Below are positions 30,997 through 40,927 of a stretch of 64,000 bases of DNA, piece by piece. The translations under genes and the position numbers were made by a program. The notes beneath the pieces were generated by a model that did no database searches, was not told the DNA's origin, and saw only the letters and a list, made by a program, of their open reading frames with translations. This DNA is from a candidate division WOR-3 bacterium (lineage in GTDB: Bacteria; Hydrothermota; Tepidihabitantia; Tepidihabitantales; Tepidihabitantaceae), in assembly GCA_013177935.1 (NCBI GenBank), contig JABLXZ010000001.1, positions 386,191 through 450,190 on the forward strand. Reading direction: 5' to 3'. How positions within the stretch are numbered: the first letter of the stretch is position 1; each line of letters opens with the position of its first letter.

Positions 30997-31200
30997 ACGT
31001 CGAAAAGAAGACAAAAATCCTTTTATTTGTAACTCCTTAATTTGTAAAAATGGTAAAATAAACTGGAGGCAAGTCAACGATTGAATAAATAAACAGTACA
31101 TCTTAAATTTTACCCTGTAATCTGTTACCATTCCTTGACTTCGGTTCACACCTTTTTAAAATAGAATCGGTCCGCAAGACGGCAGGAAATTTACGCCGAT

Positions 31201-31286
31201 GCGAGGATGGCGGAACTGGCAGACGCGCCAGACTTAGGATCTGGTCCCGAAAAGGGATGGGGGTTCAACTCCCCCTCCTCGCACCA
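31201..31286 (+). tRNA. tRNA-Leu (TAG), CCA encoded
   Basis: GCGAGGATGGCGGAACTGGCAGACGCGCCAGACT-TAG-GATCTGG, long variable arm, GGTTCAACT, ends CCTCGCACCA. Typical position before tig. Confidence 0.97.
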
Positions 31287-31316
31287 GTTAAAGGATAAGC
31301 AACAAAGGAGTACAGT

Positions 31317-32531
31317 TTGGAAGTTGCGGTAAAATCACCGAAAGAGTGGTTAAGAGAGATTGAAGTGGAGATTGAACCCGAACGGTTAAAATCCCGTATC
31401 GAAGGGTTGATTGAAGAGTACCGGAACCGTGCCGAGGTTCCGGGATTCCGACGGGGACATGTGCCCAGGTACATCATGGAGCGCCGGTTTGGTTCCACCC
31501 TCGAATCAGCGGCGGTGGAAGAACTTGTAGAACAAACATTAACTGAGGCACTGGAAAAACACTCCATTAAACCCGCCTCCCGGGTTCAATTTCTCGACCT
31601 TGAGGTTAAGCCGGATAAAACCATTCGTTATCGAGCAGCAGTAGAAGTGGTCCCTGAGTTCGAACTGCAACCTTATACTAATTTAAACCTCAACCGGCCA
31701 ACCCCTACCGGATTTGACGAAGAGTTTGAAAAAAGACTCTCCGAACTTCGGGAAAAATGTGCCCATTTCCAGCCTGTTCAACGGCCTGCCCAGAACGGCG
31801 ATTTTGTTGTTGTTGACTATACAATTACCGAGGGTGACAAAAAGCTGGTTGGTCCGAAAACCAATGTCACCTTACAGGTTGGGAATGAAAATAACCATCC
31901 TGAAGTCAACCAGGCGCTACTCGGAGTAAACCCGGGAGATGAACGTAAAGCAACAATCACATTTCCCGCTGACCACGAAGACAAAACGCTTGCGGGCCGG
32001 ACCATAACTTATCAATTTACGGTCCGCGCAATCCGAGAAAAACATCTACCCGAAATAACCGAAGAGTTTGCCACCGACCTTGGGTTTGAAAATCTTGATG
32101 CTTTGCGTCAGGCGATAAACAACGAAATCCTCGCTGAGCGGGAAGAACAGATTGAAGACGAATTAAAACGCCAGGTTATTGACCAGCTGGTTGCCGCCCA
32201 CAACTTTGAACCACCTCAATCCTGGGTTGAAGAACACATCACGCGGGTCCGGCAACAACTAAATTTACCTGACACTCCAGAAATTCGGGAAAAAATCCTG
32301 CCAATTGCTATTCGCTCGGCAAAGTTCGACTGTATTGTGATGCGCATCGCGGCAAAAGAAAATATCGAGGTCGGCGAAGATGACATCAAACAGCAGGTTG
32401 ACGAACTTGCCCGCACCACGGGCCGAAACCCGGATGAAATCGCACCACTCGTCGATACCGCATCTTACCGCTTCTATGCCCTGCAGCGCAAGGTTCTTCG
32501 CCTCATCCTTGACCAGGCGAACATTAAATGA
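31317..32531 (+). CDS. tig: Trigger factor
   Basis: VPGFRRGHVP ribosome-binding motif; FKBP-like middle domain; tig-clpP-clpX order. Confidence 0.93.
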   Translation: MEVAVKSPKEWLREIEVEIEPERLKSRIEGLIEEYRNRAEVPGFRRGHVPRYIMERRFGSTLESAAVEELVEQTLTEALEKHSIKPASRVQFLDLEVKPDKTIRYRAAVEVVPEFELQPYTNLNLNRPTPTGFDEEFEKRLSELREKCAHFQPVQRPAQNGDFVVVDYTITEGDKKLVGPKTNVTLQVGNENNHPEVNQALLGVNPGDERKATITFPADHEDKTLAGRTITYQFTVRAIREKHLPEITEEFATDLGFENLDALRQAINNEILAEREEQIEDELKRQVIDQLVAAHNFEPPQSWVEEHITRVRQQLNLPDTPEIREKILPIAIRSAKFDCIVMRIAAKENIEVGEDDIKQQVDELARTTGRNPDEIAPLVDTASYRFYALQRKVLRLILDQANIK

Positions 32532-32565
32532 ATCAAAACCGCAAAACTGATGGTCTAAATAACAA

Positions 32566-33192
32566 ATGGCGGAAAGGATAAAAAATCAGGAAACCGAGGA
32601 GGTCCCTGTGTTAATTCCAATGGTAATTGAACAGACGGGCCGGGGAGAACGAGCCTACGACATCTACTCCCGGCTTCTTAAAGAACGAATCATCTTTTTA
32701 GGTCAACCGGTTGACGATACGGTTGCCAATCTTGTCGTTGCCCAGTTGCTCTATCTTGAGGCTGAAGACCCGGAAAAGGACATCTTTCTCTACATCAACT
32801 CTCCTGGTGGCGTTGTCTCCTCTGGACTGGCAATCTACGACACAATGCAGTACATCAGGCCCAAGGTGTCAACCATCTGCGTGGGCGAAGCAGCTTCAAT
32901 TGCAGCCCTGCTGCTCGCTGCCGGTGAAAAGGGCAAACGGTTTGCCCTGCCCCGTTCCCGGATGATGATTCATCAACCTGCGGCTTATGGCTTGAGCGGT
33001 CAGGCAACCGACATTGAAATCCATGCCCGGGAACTGGTAAGGGCAAAGGAAACCCTTTCCGAAATTCTTGCCAAACATACGGGCCAGCCGGTCGAAAAAA
33101 TCCTCAAAGATACCGACCGCAACTTCTTTATGTCGGCAACCGAAGCCAAAGAGTACGGACTGATTGACGAGGTAATTGAGAAACGGAAATGA
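32566..33192 (+). CDS. clpP: ClpP protease (alternative start GTG 32608 after GAGGAGG)
   Basis: [36 protein letters not shown]. Confidence 0.97.
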   Translation: MAERIKNQETEEVPVLIPMVIEQTGRGERAYDIYSRLLKERIIFLGQPVDDTVANLVVAQLLYLEAEDPEKDIFLYINSPGGVVSSGLAIYDTMQYIRPKVSTICVGEAASIAALLLAAGEKGKRFALPRSRMMIHQPAAYGLSGQATDIEIHARELVRAKETLSEILAKHTGQPVEKILKDTDRNFFMSATEAKEYGLIDEVIEKRK

Positions 33193-34439
33193 GTTCCCGC
33201 CATCGGCCCGTAAAAAAACGCCTACCCGAAATCTGCTCTTTTTGTGGCACTCCGGAGACCGCAACCAGCCGTCTGGTCCGGGGCCGCAATGGTTTGATAT
33301 GCGAACAGTGTGCCCGGCTTGCGGTCAGCCTTTTTGAAGAACGGGAAACCGTACTTGAACCCCTGAAACAACTACCCAAACCCGCAGCAATCAAAGCCTA
33401 TCTCGACGAATTTGTCATCGGTCAGGAGTACGCCAAACGGGTTTTGTCGGTTGCCGTATACAACCACTACAAACGCATCACCGCCCGCCGCGACGCTCCG
33501 CAACTGGATAAGAGCAACATCCTGCTTATCGGTCCCACCGGCGTGGGCAAAACCTTGCTTGCCGAAACCCTTGCCCGATTTCTCAAGGTACCATTCTCGA
33601 TTTCTGATGCCACACCTTTAACCGAAGCCGGTTATGTTGGTGAGGATGTGGAGAACATCCTGTTGCGGCTCCTGCAAGCGGCACAGGGCAACATCGCCCA
33701 GGCAGAGATTGGAATCGTCTATATCGATGAGATTGATAAGATTGGCAGGAAAGCCGACTCTCCTTCAATCACCCGTGATGTTTCCGGTGAAGGTGTTCAG
33801 CAGGCGCTGCTCAAAATCCTTGAAGGCACCATCGCCAATGTGCCGCCTCAGGGTGGCAGAAAACACCCGGAACAGCAGTTTATTCCGATAAACACCCGTA
33901 ACATTCTGTTCATCTGCGGCGGGACATTTGAGGGACTGGATAAAATCATTGAACGCCGGGTACGGACAACATCGCTCGGATTCGGTGCCCCGCTCAGCAG
34001 CAACCGCTTGCAGAATAGCGACGAACTCTTAACCATGGTGCAACCGGATGATTTGATTAAATTCGGCCTCATTCCGGAATTTGTTGGCCGGCTCCCGGTG
34101 ATTGCACCCCTGCACAGCCTTTCCCGCGAGGCGCTGATTGACATCCTGACAAAACCGCGTAACGCCCTGATTCATCAGTACTCCTATTTCTTTGAACTGG
34201 AAGGCGTAAAACTGACCTTCACACCAGAGGCGCTCGCTGCGGTTGCTGACCGAGCACTGGCACTGCGCACCGGTGCCCGGGGCTTACGCGCCGTTCTCGA
34301 AGAAACGATGCTCGACATAATGTTCGAACTCCCCAATAAAGAAAATGTGATTGAGTGCATCATCACCCCTGATGTCATCGCCCGGAAAAAGCCTCCGGAA
34401 TACATCTATAGCCGGACCGCCCAGCGTAAAGCGCAGTAA
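33189..34439 (+). CDS. clpX: ClpX AAA+ ATPase
   Basis: C4 zinc finger CSFC...[36 protein letters not shown] loop, TGARGLR. Confidence 0.97.
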   Translation: MSSRHRPVKKRLPEICSFCGTPETATSRLVRGRNGLICEQCARLAVSLFEERETVLEPLKQLPKPAAIKAYLDEFVIGQEYAKRVLSVAVYNHYKRITARRDAPQLDKSNILLIGPTGVGKTLLAETLARFLKVPFSISDATPLTEAGYVGEDVENILLRLLQAAQGNIAQAEIGIVYIDEIDKIGRKADSPSITRDVSGEGVQQALLKILEGTIANVPPQGGRKHPEQQFIPINTRNILFICGGTFEGLDKIIERRVRTTSLGFGAPLSSNRLQNSDELLTMVQPDDLIKFGLIPEFVGRLPVIAPLHSLSREALIDILTKPRNALIHQYSYFFELEGVKLTFTPEALAAVADRALALRTGARGLRAVLEETMLDIMFELPNKENVIECIITPDVIARKKPPEYIYSRTAQRKAQ

Positions 34440-34462
34440 AAAACTTACCCATCATAAAACTC

Positions 34463-34560
34463 TGGTATCATCACCATGACGGCGGTTAGTACTGCGGTCA
34501 GGCACGCCCCGGGCAGGGGTTTAATTACTCTTTAACCCATTCATATCAGTTATCTTGCGG
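34463..34560. repeat. Intergenic 12-bp-periodic element, copy B
   Basis: tggtatcatcac|catgacggcggt|tagtactgcggt|caggcacgcccc|gggcaggggttt|aattactcttta, then TAAC-N17-CTTGCG. 31/52 ungapped identity (hand count) with 63806-63857. Confidence 0.5.
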
Positions 34561-34658
34561 TATTTCCTTTAACCGGTCATTAAACTTTAGCGTTAACTTA
34601 TCCTGAATTCTGGCTCATAATGGTCAGATGGAAAAAGAGTATCAAAAAGGAGGTAAAA

Positions 34659-35018
34659 ATGGCTGATGTCACAAAAAGAATGGAAAGATGGCGGCTTAAA
34701 ACCGAGCCAGAAGAGGTTTGCGTTCGGCTAAAACGGCTCCGGACTTCGATGCAAAATCGGCAGGAGCACGAGCAAAAACTGTTAGTGGAGATTGAAACCA
34801 AGGCGAAACAGGTTCTGGACTCAGCCGATGTGCCGACCGTGCTTTATCCATTTTATCTGAATTTCGCCCGGGAAATCTACTCCCGACGCCAGCGCTTTTC
34901 CGGTCCATCTCTTTCCCGGGAAATTGGAGTTTTACTGGAAAAATGGGTTGCGAGAACCCTGAACCGCACAGTTCTGGAACGGATACGCGATGAGGCGCTT
35001 TCTGTTCCCGCACCATAG
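34659..35018 (+). CDS. 119-aa basic helical protein resembling the SIRV2-type (Adnaviria) major capsid/DNA-wrapping protein
   Basis: RBS AAGGAGG and a downstream hairpin. Pattern R..RW..K ... VL...V....YLNF..E.....SGP.L..EI..L...W....LN..VL matches the rudiviral coat protein as recalled from memory. Confidence 0.7.
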   Translation: MADVTKRMERWRLKTEPEEVCVRLKRLRTSMQNRQEHEQKLLVEIETKAKQVLDSADVPTVLYPFYLNFAREIYSRRQRFSGPSLSREIGVLLEKWVARTLNRTVLERIRDEALSVPAP

Positions 35019-35053
35019 CCTTGATTTGCATCTTCAGGAAATCAGGAAAACAG

Positions 35054-35081
35054 TCGGGGCAGAGATTGGACTCTGCCCCGA
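35054..35081. terminator. Hairpin between convergent genes
   Basis: TCGGGGCAGAG-attgga-CTCTGCCCCGA, 11-bp stem. Confidence 0.75.
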
Positions 35082-35130
35082 ATAGTAACCGACTGATTAT
35101 CAGTTATTAACCGACTATTGAGGCTACCAT

Positions 35131-35865
35131 CTACTCCTCAGGCTCAAACTGGTCCTTGCTGGCGCCACACACCGGACATACCCAGTCTGGTGGCAAACTT
35201 TCGAACGGTGTGCCAGCAGGAATCCCGTTATCCGGGTCACCTTCTGCCGGGTCGTAAACATAGCCACAAACGGTGCAAACATAGCGTTGCATTTTTTGCT
35301 CCTTTGTTTTCCCGGCTGACCGGGAATCGACTAACTTCTCTTTCTCTTTTTCTGCCTGGTAGGTTGGTGCACCTTTACCGGTCTTTCCTTTCTTCACCTC
35401 ATGGTAATAGGCGTAGGTTAGCGGCTCACCCTGTTTAACCCATTTTGCCATTACCACTTCACCAACAAACAGCGTATGGGTGGCACAGTCCACCTTTTCC
35501 CGGACCTTTGCCTCCATTACCACAATCGCATGCTCGGTAACAAGCGGCACACCGGTTTCACCCACTTCATAATTAAGCCCATCGAACTTATTCACCTCTC
35601 GACCGGAACGAAAACCAAACCGACCGATGAACTCAAGCGGTGTTTCTTTTTCCAGAACCGTAACCGCAAATAGCCCGCTCTGCTGAATCAACTCGTTGGT
35701 AAAACTCGCCTTGTTTACCGCCACCGTCACCAGACAGGGCTCAAGCGCCACCTGAACGACAGTATTAACCGTCAAACCGTTGATGCGTTCACCTGCCCGG
35801 CTGGTTACGATGTAAAGGCCATAGGTTAAACTGTTCAGTGCGCTTAAATCCACTTTACCGGCCAC
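35131..35865 (-). CDS. Flavin reductase-rubredoxin fusion (high-molecular-weight rubredoxin)
   Basis: [28 protein letters not shown]-terminal [10 protein letters not shown]...WVCPVCG. Confidence 0.92.
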   Translation of the reverse strand: MAGKVDLSALNSLTYGLYIVTSRAGERINGLTVNTVVQVALEPCLVTVAVNKASFTNELIQQSGLFAVTVLEKETPLEFIGRFGFRSGREVNKFDGLNYEVGETGVPLVTEHAIVVMEAKVREKVDCATHTLFVGEVVMAKWVKQGEPLTYAYYHEVKKGKTGKGAPTYQAEKEKEKLVDSRSAGKTKEQKMQRYVCTVCGYVYDPAEGDPDNGIPAGTPFESLPPDWVCPVCGASKDQFEPEE

Positions 35866-37065
35866 TTAGACACTCCTTTCAGTTATCTTCTGCGCCAGCA
35901 GATGACCCAGTTTCCGGGCTTGCTCCTGCGCCTCTTTATCTGGCACGTACTTCACCCGCAACGGCTCTGCCACCAGTTCCACGCCCATTTCCCGCAACTC
36001 CTCGGCAAGAATCGAAACCGCTTCACCACTCCACCCATAAGAACCAAAAACCGCGCCCAATTTGTTTTTCGGTTTTAACCCTTTTATATAGGTGAGCACA
36101 TCAGCAACCGTGGGAAAGATACCATTGTTCAGAGTAGGCGAACCAATCACAATCGCCGCCGCATCAAGTATCTCGGTCATCACATCGCTGCGGTCATTGG
36201 CGCGCAACCGCATAACCTTTGTTTCTACCCCATTTTCAGCGATTGCATCAGCAATCACCCTTGCCAGAATGTCGGTACTGCCCCACATTGTGTCATAGAC
36301 CACAACCGCCTTCTTTTTCGGCTTCTGTTCTGCCCATTCCTGATACCAGGAGACAACCTTCATCGGTTCTTTGCGCCAGATTGGACCGTGGTCCGGTGCG
36401 ATGATATCAATCGCCAGCTGTAACTGACCGATGCGCTCAATCAGTTTTAAGACCAGTGCCGAATAAGGCAACAGGATGTTGGCATAGTATTTCGCCCCTT
36501 CATACCTCAGGGTTTCGTAATTTAGCTCATCGGCAAAACGTTCGCCTGTTGCCCAGTGCATCCCGAAACCGTCCTGGGAAAACAGCAGCCGCTCCTCAAC
36601 AAGATAACTGACCATACTGTCGGGCCAGTGAAGCATCCTCGTTTCCAAAAACTTCAAATTGAGTAAACCAAGATTGAGTGTGTCACCATCTTTAAGGGGA
36701 ATTAAATCCTGCCCGAAGTGGAAGTGCTCCTTAAGCGCCTTAACACCCATCACCGAGGCGAAGACCTTCTCCGGTTTTACCGCCTCAATTATCGCGGGCA
36801 AAGCACCCGAATGGTCCATCTCGGCATGATTGGAGATGATGTAGTCAATCTTCTCGAGGTCGATAACCGAGGAAATCCGTTTGAGCAACTCGTCCTTAAA
36901 AGGCGCCTTCACCGTATCAATTAAAGTCACCTTCTCATCAATGATAAGATAGGCGTTGTAGGTAGTACCTCGATTTGTCGAGTAGCCGTGAAAATCTCTT
37001 ACCGCCCAGTCAATTGCGCCCACCCAGTAAACCCGGTCGCTAATTTTAACCGCATTGAACCCCAT
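35866..37065 (-). CDS. fprA: Flavodiiron protein (O2/NO reductase)
   Basis: GTTYNAY, NHAEMDHSG, HWPDSM, PDHG; flavodoxin TMWGST and FGSYGWSGE. Confidence 0.95.
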   Translation of the reverse strand: MGFNAVKISDRVYWVGAIDWAVRDFHGYSTNRGTTYNAYLIIDEKVTLIDTVKAPFKDELLKRISSVIDLEKIDYIISNHAEMDHSGALPAIIEAVKPEKVFASVMGVKALKEHFHFGQDLIPLKDGDTLNLGLLNLKFLETRMLHWPDSMVSYLVEERLLFSQDGFGMHWATGERFADELNYETLRYEGAKYYANILLPYSALVLKLIERIGQLQLAIDIIAPDHGPIWRKEPMKVVSWYQEWAEQKPKKKAVVVYDTMWGSTDILARVIADAIAENGVETKVMRLRANDRSDVMTEILDAAAIVIGSPTLNNGIFPTVADVLTYIKGLKPKNKLGAVFGSYGWSGEAVSILAEELREMGVELVAEPLRVKYVPDKEAQEQARKLGHLLAQKITERSV

Positions 37066-37084
37066 AAGGCGCTCCGTTTAAAAT

Positions 37085-37630
37085 CTACGGATTAGCTCCA
37101 GTGCCCTGAGCATAAAAGGCGGCAAGCTCTGGTGGCAGCACAAAGACACGCTGACCGAGCTCCCGGTCAAGCATCAAGATGCCGCGACCATCACCGTCCA
37201 CCAGTTTCAGGTCCTGGGCAATTTTCAGGGTGCTCTCCTCCTCTTCAATCTGTTCATCAACAAACCACTGCAGCAGACTATTGGAGGCGTAATCGCCCTC
37301 GCTCTGGGCGAGTTTTACCAGTTCGTGAATCGTGCCAGTGATAAACTTTTCATGCTCGTAAGCCGCTTCAAACGCTGCCCGCGGCGAATCCCACTTCTCG
37401 CCTAAGACGCTCAGCGGCTGTAGTTTTACCTCACCCCCGCGTTCCAAGATGTGCTTGAAAAATCGCATCGCATGCGTCAGTTCTTCTTGCACCTGCGCCC
37501 GCATCCAGCGCGCCATTCCGGGAAAGCCGGTTTCGTCAAAATATGCCGCCATTGCCAGGTAAAGGTAAGCCGACTCCAGTTCGTGTTTAATCTGTCGGTT
37601 AAACGCCTCTTCAATCTTTTTCGGAATCAT
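37085..37630 (-). CDS. ftnA: Non-heme ferritin
   Basis: ELESAYLYLAM, EE..HA, HEKFIT, LQWFVDEQIEEE; start ATG 37630. Confidence 0.92.
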   Translation of the reverse strand: MIPKKIEEAFNRQIKHELESAYLYLAMAAYFDETGFPGMARWMRAQVQEELTHAMRFFKHILERGGEVKLQPLSVLGEKWDSPRAAFEAAYEHEKFITGTIHELVKLAQSEGDYASNSLLQWFVDEQIEEEESTLKIAQDLKLVDGDGRGILMLDRELGQRVFVLPPELAAFYAQGTGANP

Positions 37631-37635
37631 AAAGT

Positions 37636-38013
37636 TTAAACCCCCTTCCACAAACCGTGGATATTACAGTACTCCCGGGCATAGACCTCTTTTGCCGCCA
37701 CCGAGAAAAACGCCTCAGGTTTTTCACCCGGATAAAGAAACTGTCGATAGGCGCGTTCGTCTGCCACCAGTTCCACCCATTCAATGTAATGTTTTTCCTC
37801 CATTGGATGGGGCACACTACCGACCTTTACTCGATAACCCTGGTCGGTTTTTTCAATCACCGGTACATGCTTCTCTTTTGCCGCATCGGTTGTATTTTCC
37901 ACAAGAAGTTTCATCGGCTGACCACAACAAACAAGTTGACCGGCACCGCTATGAAGAACCTCAACAATGTTGCCACAAACCTCACACTTATAAATTTCTA
38001 ATTTTTTAGCCAT
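37636..38013 (-). CDS. dfx: Desulfoferrodoxin (2Fe superoxide reductase)
   Basis: CEVCGNIV...LVCCG, EKHVP, HPM...[11 protein letters not shown]. Confidence 0.96.
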   Translation of the reverse strand: MAKKLEIYKCEVCGNIVEVLHSGAGQLVCCGQPMKLLVENTTDAAKEKHVPVIEKTDQGYRVKVGSVPHPMEEKHYIEWVELVADERAYRQFLYPGEKPEAFFSVAAKEVYAREYCNIHGLWKGV

Positions 38014-38033
38014 TTATACCTCCTTTTTATTTT

Positions 38034-38339
38034 TTACTTTATCAACCTGCTGTCCACCCCGGTCAGACCGCACTCCGGTATGTAGCAGGAAACATCAACA
38101 AACTGACACCGCTGTCCGCACGCTGGACACACATCAGGGGGTGTTATCGCCTGCAAAACATAATGGCAACTGGAGCAACTCCAGTAAGGTGCATTTGCTG
38201 GAACCTTTTGTTCTCCCTGCTTCTCTTGGGCTCTTTGCATCGTCTTGTTGCAACATACAAGCGAACCACCCCCCTTATGGACCAGTTCAACTATCTGGCC
38301 ACAAACGCTGCAACTATAAACTCTGGGCTCCTCTTTCAT
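38034..38339 (-). CDS. Desulforedoxin domain fused to a rubredoxin-like Cys-rich domain
   Basis: CSVCGQIVE...LVCC, then WSCSSCHY...PP..CPAC...C.FVDVSCYIPECG. Confidence 0.8.
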   Translation of the reverse strand: MKEEPRVYSCSVCGQIVELVHKGGGSLVCCNKTMQRAQEKQGEQKVPANAPYWSCSSCHYVLQAITPPDVCPACGQRCQFVDVSCYIPECGLTGVDSRLIK

Positions 38340-38355
38340 ACCCTCTTTTCTCCTT

Positions 38356-38874
38356 TTATTTTATCTTACGAACCGCTTCAAGGACCGCTTGGTAATCTGG
38401 TTCCTTACCGGCTTCAGAAACCACCTGTATATAACGAATTATCCCCTCGCGGTCAACAACAAATACCGCCCGTGCAAGTAGCCGCAGCTCTTTGATCAAA
38501 ACGCCGTAAGATGTGCCAAACGAGGCATCCCGATGGTCCGAAGCGGTTATAACCCGTTCTACACCCGCTGCACCACACCACCGCTTCTGGGCAAAAGGCA
38601 GGTCCATACTAACCAGCAACACGACAACATCGTCACCTAAATTAGCCGCTTCCTGGTTAAACTTTCGGGCTTCAAGGTCGCACACCGGAGTATCAAGCGA
38701 CGGAACCGAAAGAAGCACTAATATTTTACCCTTGAACTGTTCGCGGGTTACCGGCTTCATATCGGTACCGACCAGAGAAAAATCGGGTGCTATCTGACCA
38801 ACCGTCAATTTGGGACCGATGAGCGTTACTGGATTTCCCTGAACTGTTACTTCGCCTTTTCGTTCTTCCATCAC
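38356..38874 (-). CDS. tpx: Thiol peroxidase (atypical 2-Cys peroxiredoxin)
   Basis: [33 protein letters not shown]. Confidence 0.95.
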   Translation of the reverse strand: MMEERKGEVTVQGNPVTLIGPKLTVGQIAPDFSLVGTDMKPVTREQFKGKILVLLSVPSLDTPVCDLEARKFNQEAANLGDDVVVLLVSMDLPFAQKRWCGAAGVERVITASDHRDASFGTSYGVLIKELRLLARAVFVVDREGIIRYIQVVSEAGKEPDYQAVLEAVRKIK

Positions 38875-39443
38875 CAGTTCTCCCCTAAAAGTTCAAAATA
38901 AGCCTGAGGATGAGCACACGAAGGGCAAATCTCGGGCGCCTCGGTTCCTTCATGAATATAGCCACAGTTGATACAGCGCCACACCACCGGCTTTTCGCGG
39001 CGGAACACACGACCACTATCGATGTTAGCCTTTAACGCCTGATACCGCTTTTCGTGTTGTTTCTCAGCCACCGCAATCGCCCGGAAAATCGCCGCGATGT
39101 TAGAAAACCCTTCCTCTTCTGCTATCTGGGCAAATGTCGGATACATCTCAGTCCACTCGTAGTGCTCACCACTTGCCGCCTCTTTTAAGTTCTCAGCCGT
39201 TGTACCAATCACTCCAGCCGGAAATGAAGCCTGAATTTCAACATTACCGCCTTCAAGTAACTTAAAAAGCCGTTTGGCATGCTCCTTCTCCTGGTTTGCC
39301 GTCTCCTCAAAAATTTGCGCAATCTGAATGTAACCTTCGTCCCGGGCTTTGCTGGCGAAGTAGGTGTAACGATTCCTCGCCTGCGATTCTCCGGCAAAAG
39401 CGGTCAGGATATTCTTTTCGGTCTTGCTTCCTTTTAGTTGCAC
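38871..39443 (-). CDS. rbr: Rubrerythrin
   Basis: [20 protein letters not shown]-terminal CINCGY...CPSC.HP. GTG start with AGGAGG. Confidence 0.96.
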   Translation of the reverse strand: MQLKGSKTEKNILTAFAGESQARNRYTYFASKARDEGYIQIAQIFEETANQEKEHAKRLFKLLEGGNVEIQASFPAGVIGTTAENLKEAASGEHYEWTEMYPTFAQIAEEEGFSNIAAIFRAIAVAEKQHEKRYQALKANIDSGRVFRREKPVVWRCINCGYIHEGTEAPEICPSCAHPQAYFELLGENW

Positions 39444-39504
39444 TTTACCTCCTTTTTATATTTTTTCACTTCTATTTTAGACCCTTATTCAAAACTAATG
39501 GATT

Positions 39505-40248
39505 CTATTTAAATATCCTCAATCGAAAATATCGTTCCGGATGGGATTTCAGGTCGGCAATCAACTCCTGTAACTGCCGGCTGGTTTTCAACAACTCATC
39601 ATAAAGTTCGGGCGAGGTTAACAGTTTCTTTGCGGTTGACTCCTTATTCAGTAATAAAACCATACTATCAAGAACAGTACCCAACCGGGCAAGGCTCTTA
39701 TTCGTGGTTACAAACCCGGAATCAAAACCCGCCAGCCGGGAGTTTATTATCCGCAGCAAATCCTCTCTTGTCCGGCGCAACTCCTCCGTAAGAACATCAG
39801 GGTCAATTTCGCTTAAAATTCGGTCCAGTCGAGCAACGGTGGTCTCGAGGTCGAGAACCTCATTGACACCCTGGAAAACAACTGTCTCATCAGCATCAGG
39901 ACCGATTCCCGGTGTTACCGCCAGATACCGGTCACTCCCAAGATAAGAAAGGGAACGAATCGCAAACCGTGTATCTTGAGTCAACGGAACATCCCGCTCC
40001 AAACCCACCAGGACCTCAACTCCTTTTTTCCCATCAAGTTTTAACCCAACAACCTTTCCTTTTGTTATTCCAAGAACATCTACCCGGTCACCAACTCTTA
40101 ATCCGGCAACATCGTTAAAGTAAACCCGAACAACTTTCAGGCGCCGATGAAATGACCTTCCGGAAAACCAGAAATAACCGAATAATCCCAGTAATATTCC
40201 GATTAGAACGAACACGGTAACCAGTAAATCACGCACCCGACGCCTCAT
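39505..40248 (-). CDS. mlaD: MCE-domain protein
   Basis: N-terminal TM, F.DVAGLRVGD.V...G...GKV, LG..YL...PG. Confidence 0.85.
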   Translation of the reverse strand: MRRRVRDLLVTVFVLIGILLGLFGYFWFSGRSFHRRLKVVRVYFNDVAGLRVGDRVDVLGITKGKVVGLKLDGKKGVEVLVGLERDVPLTQDTRFAIRSLSYLGSDRYLAVTPGIGPDADETVVFQGVNEVLDLETTVARLDRILSEIDPDVLTEELRRTREDLLRIINSRLAGFDSGFVTTNKSLARLGTVLDSMVLLLNKESTAKKLLTSPELYDELLKTSRQLQELIADLKSHPERYFRLRIFK

Positions 40249-40927
40249 AATCCTCCTTTCTTATCTCTCGGGCTGGAGTTAAACGGCATTCTTTTAAGAG
40301 GTAAATTTGCTCACCCAATTTTCGGGCAATGTCAAGGTCATGAGTCACAACCACAGCTGTCTTTTCCTTACAACAGCAGATTTCCGAAATTAATTGACAG
40401 ATGCGGTCTCGATTTATCGGGTCAAGACCGGTAGTGGGCTCATCAAAAAAGAGATAGGAAGGCTCAACAACCAGTGCCCGCGCAATCGCAACCAGCCGTA
40501 CCATCCCGCCCGAAAGCTGTTGTATGCGAAGGTTACCGGCTTTTTCCAGACCAACCTGAACAAGTACCTGATTGACATGTGTCTCAATCTCTTTGTCGTT
40601 TAAACTACTGCCTTCACGCAAGGGCAAGGCAATATTTTCTTTCACAGTTAAAGAATCAAATAGCGCTCCGCCTTGAAATACAAAACCAATCTTACCCGAT
40701 ATTGTACCGTTGTCTGCAAACGGCCCATAACTTAACATTTGCCCATCATAACTCACCTGGCCCGAATCAGGCGCAATTAACCCAGCCATAATTTTGAGAA
40801 GGATTGTCTTACCCGCACCTGACGGACCAAGTACCACAACACGCGTCCCTTGTGGAACCTCCATATCAATCGCATTAAGAATCAATTGGCCCCGCAACCG
40901 TTTTGTTACCTTTTCTAATTTAATCAT
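40229..40927 (-). CDS. mlaF: Mla-type ABC ATPase
   Basis: GPSGAGKT, FQGGALFDSL, LSGGM, FDEPTTGLDP. Confidence 0.88.
   Translation of the reverse strand: MIKLEKVTKRLRGQLILNAIDMEVPQGTRVVVLGPSGAGKTILLKIMAGLIAPDSGQVSYDGQMLSYGPFADNGTISGKIGFVFQGGALFDSLTVKENIALPLREGSSLNDKEIETHVNQVLVQVGLEKAGNLRIQQLSGGMVRLVAIARALVVEPSYLFFDEPTTGLDPINRDRICQLISEICCCKEKTAVVVTHDLDIARKLGEQIYLLKECRLTPAREIRKEDYEASGA

Noticed and set aside
34500..34515. Sigma54 promoter AGGCACGCCCCGGGCA upstream of the capsid-like gene
   Set aside because: GG-N10-GC spacing is present but the TT before GC is missing; better explained as part of the 12-bp element.
34440..35130. Provirus around the capsid-like gene
   Set aside because: No integrase, att repeats or other viral ORFs; flanks are intact housekeeping operons.
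39475..39494. Fur/PerR box upstream of rubrerythrin
   Set aside because: Only a weak AT-rich pseudo-palindrome (TTTTAGACCCTTATTCAAAA); not enough to call.
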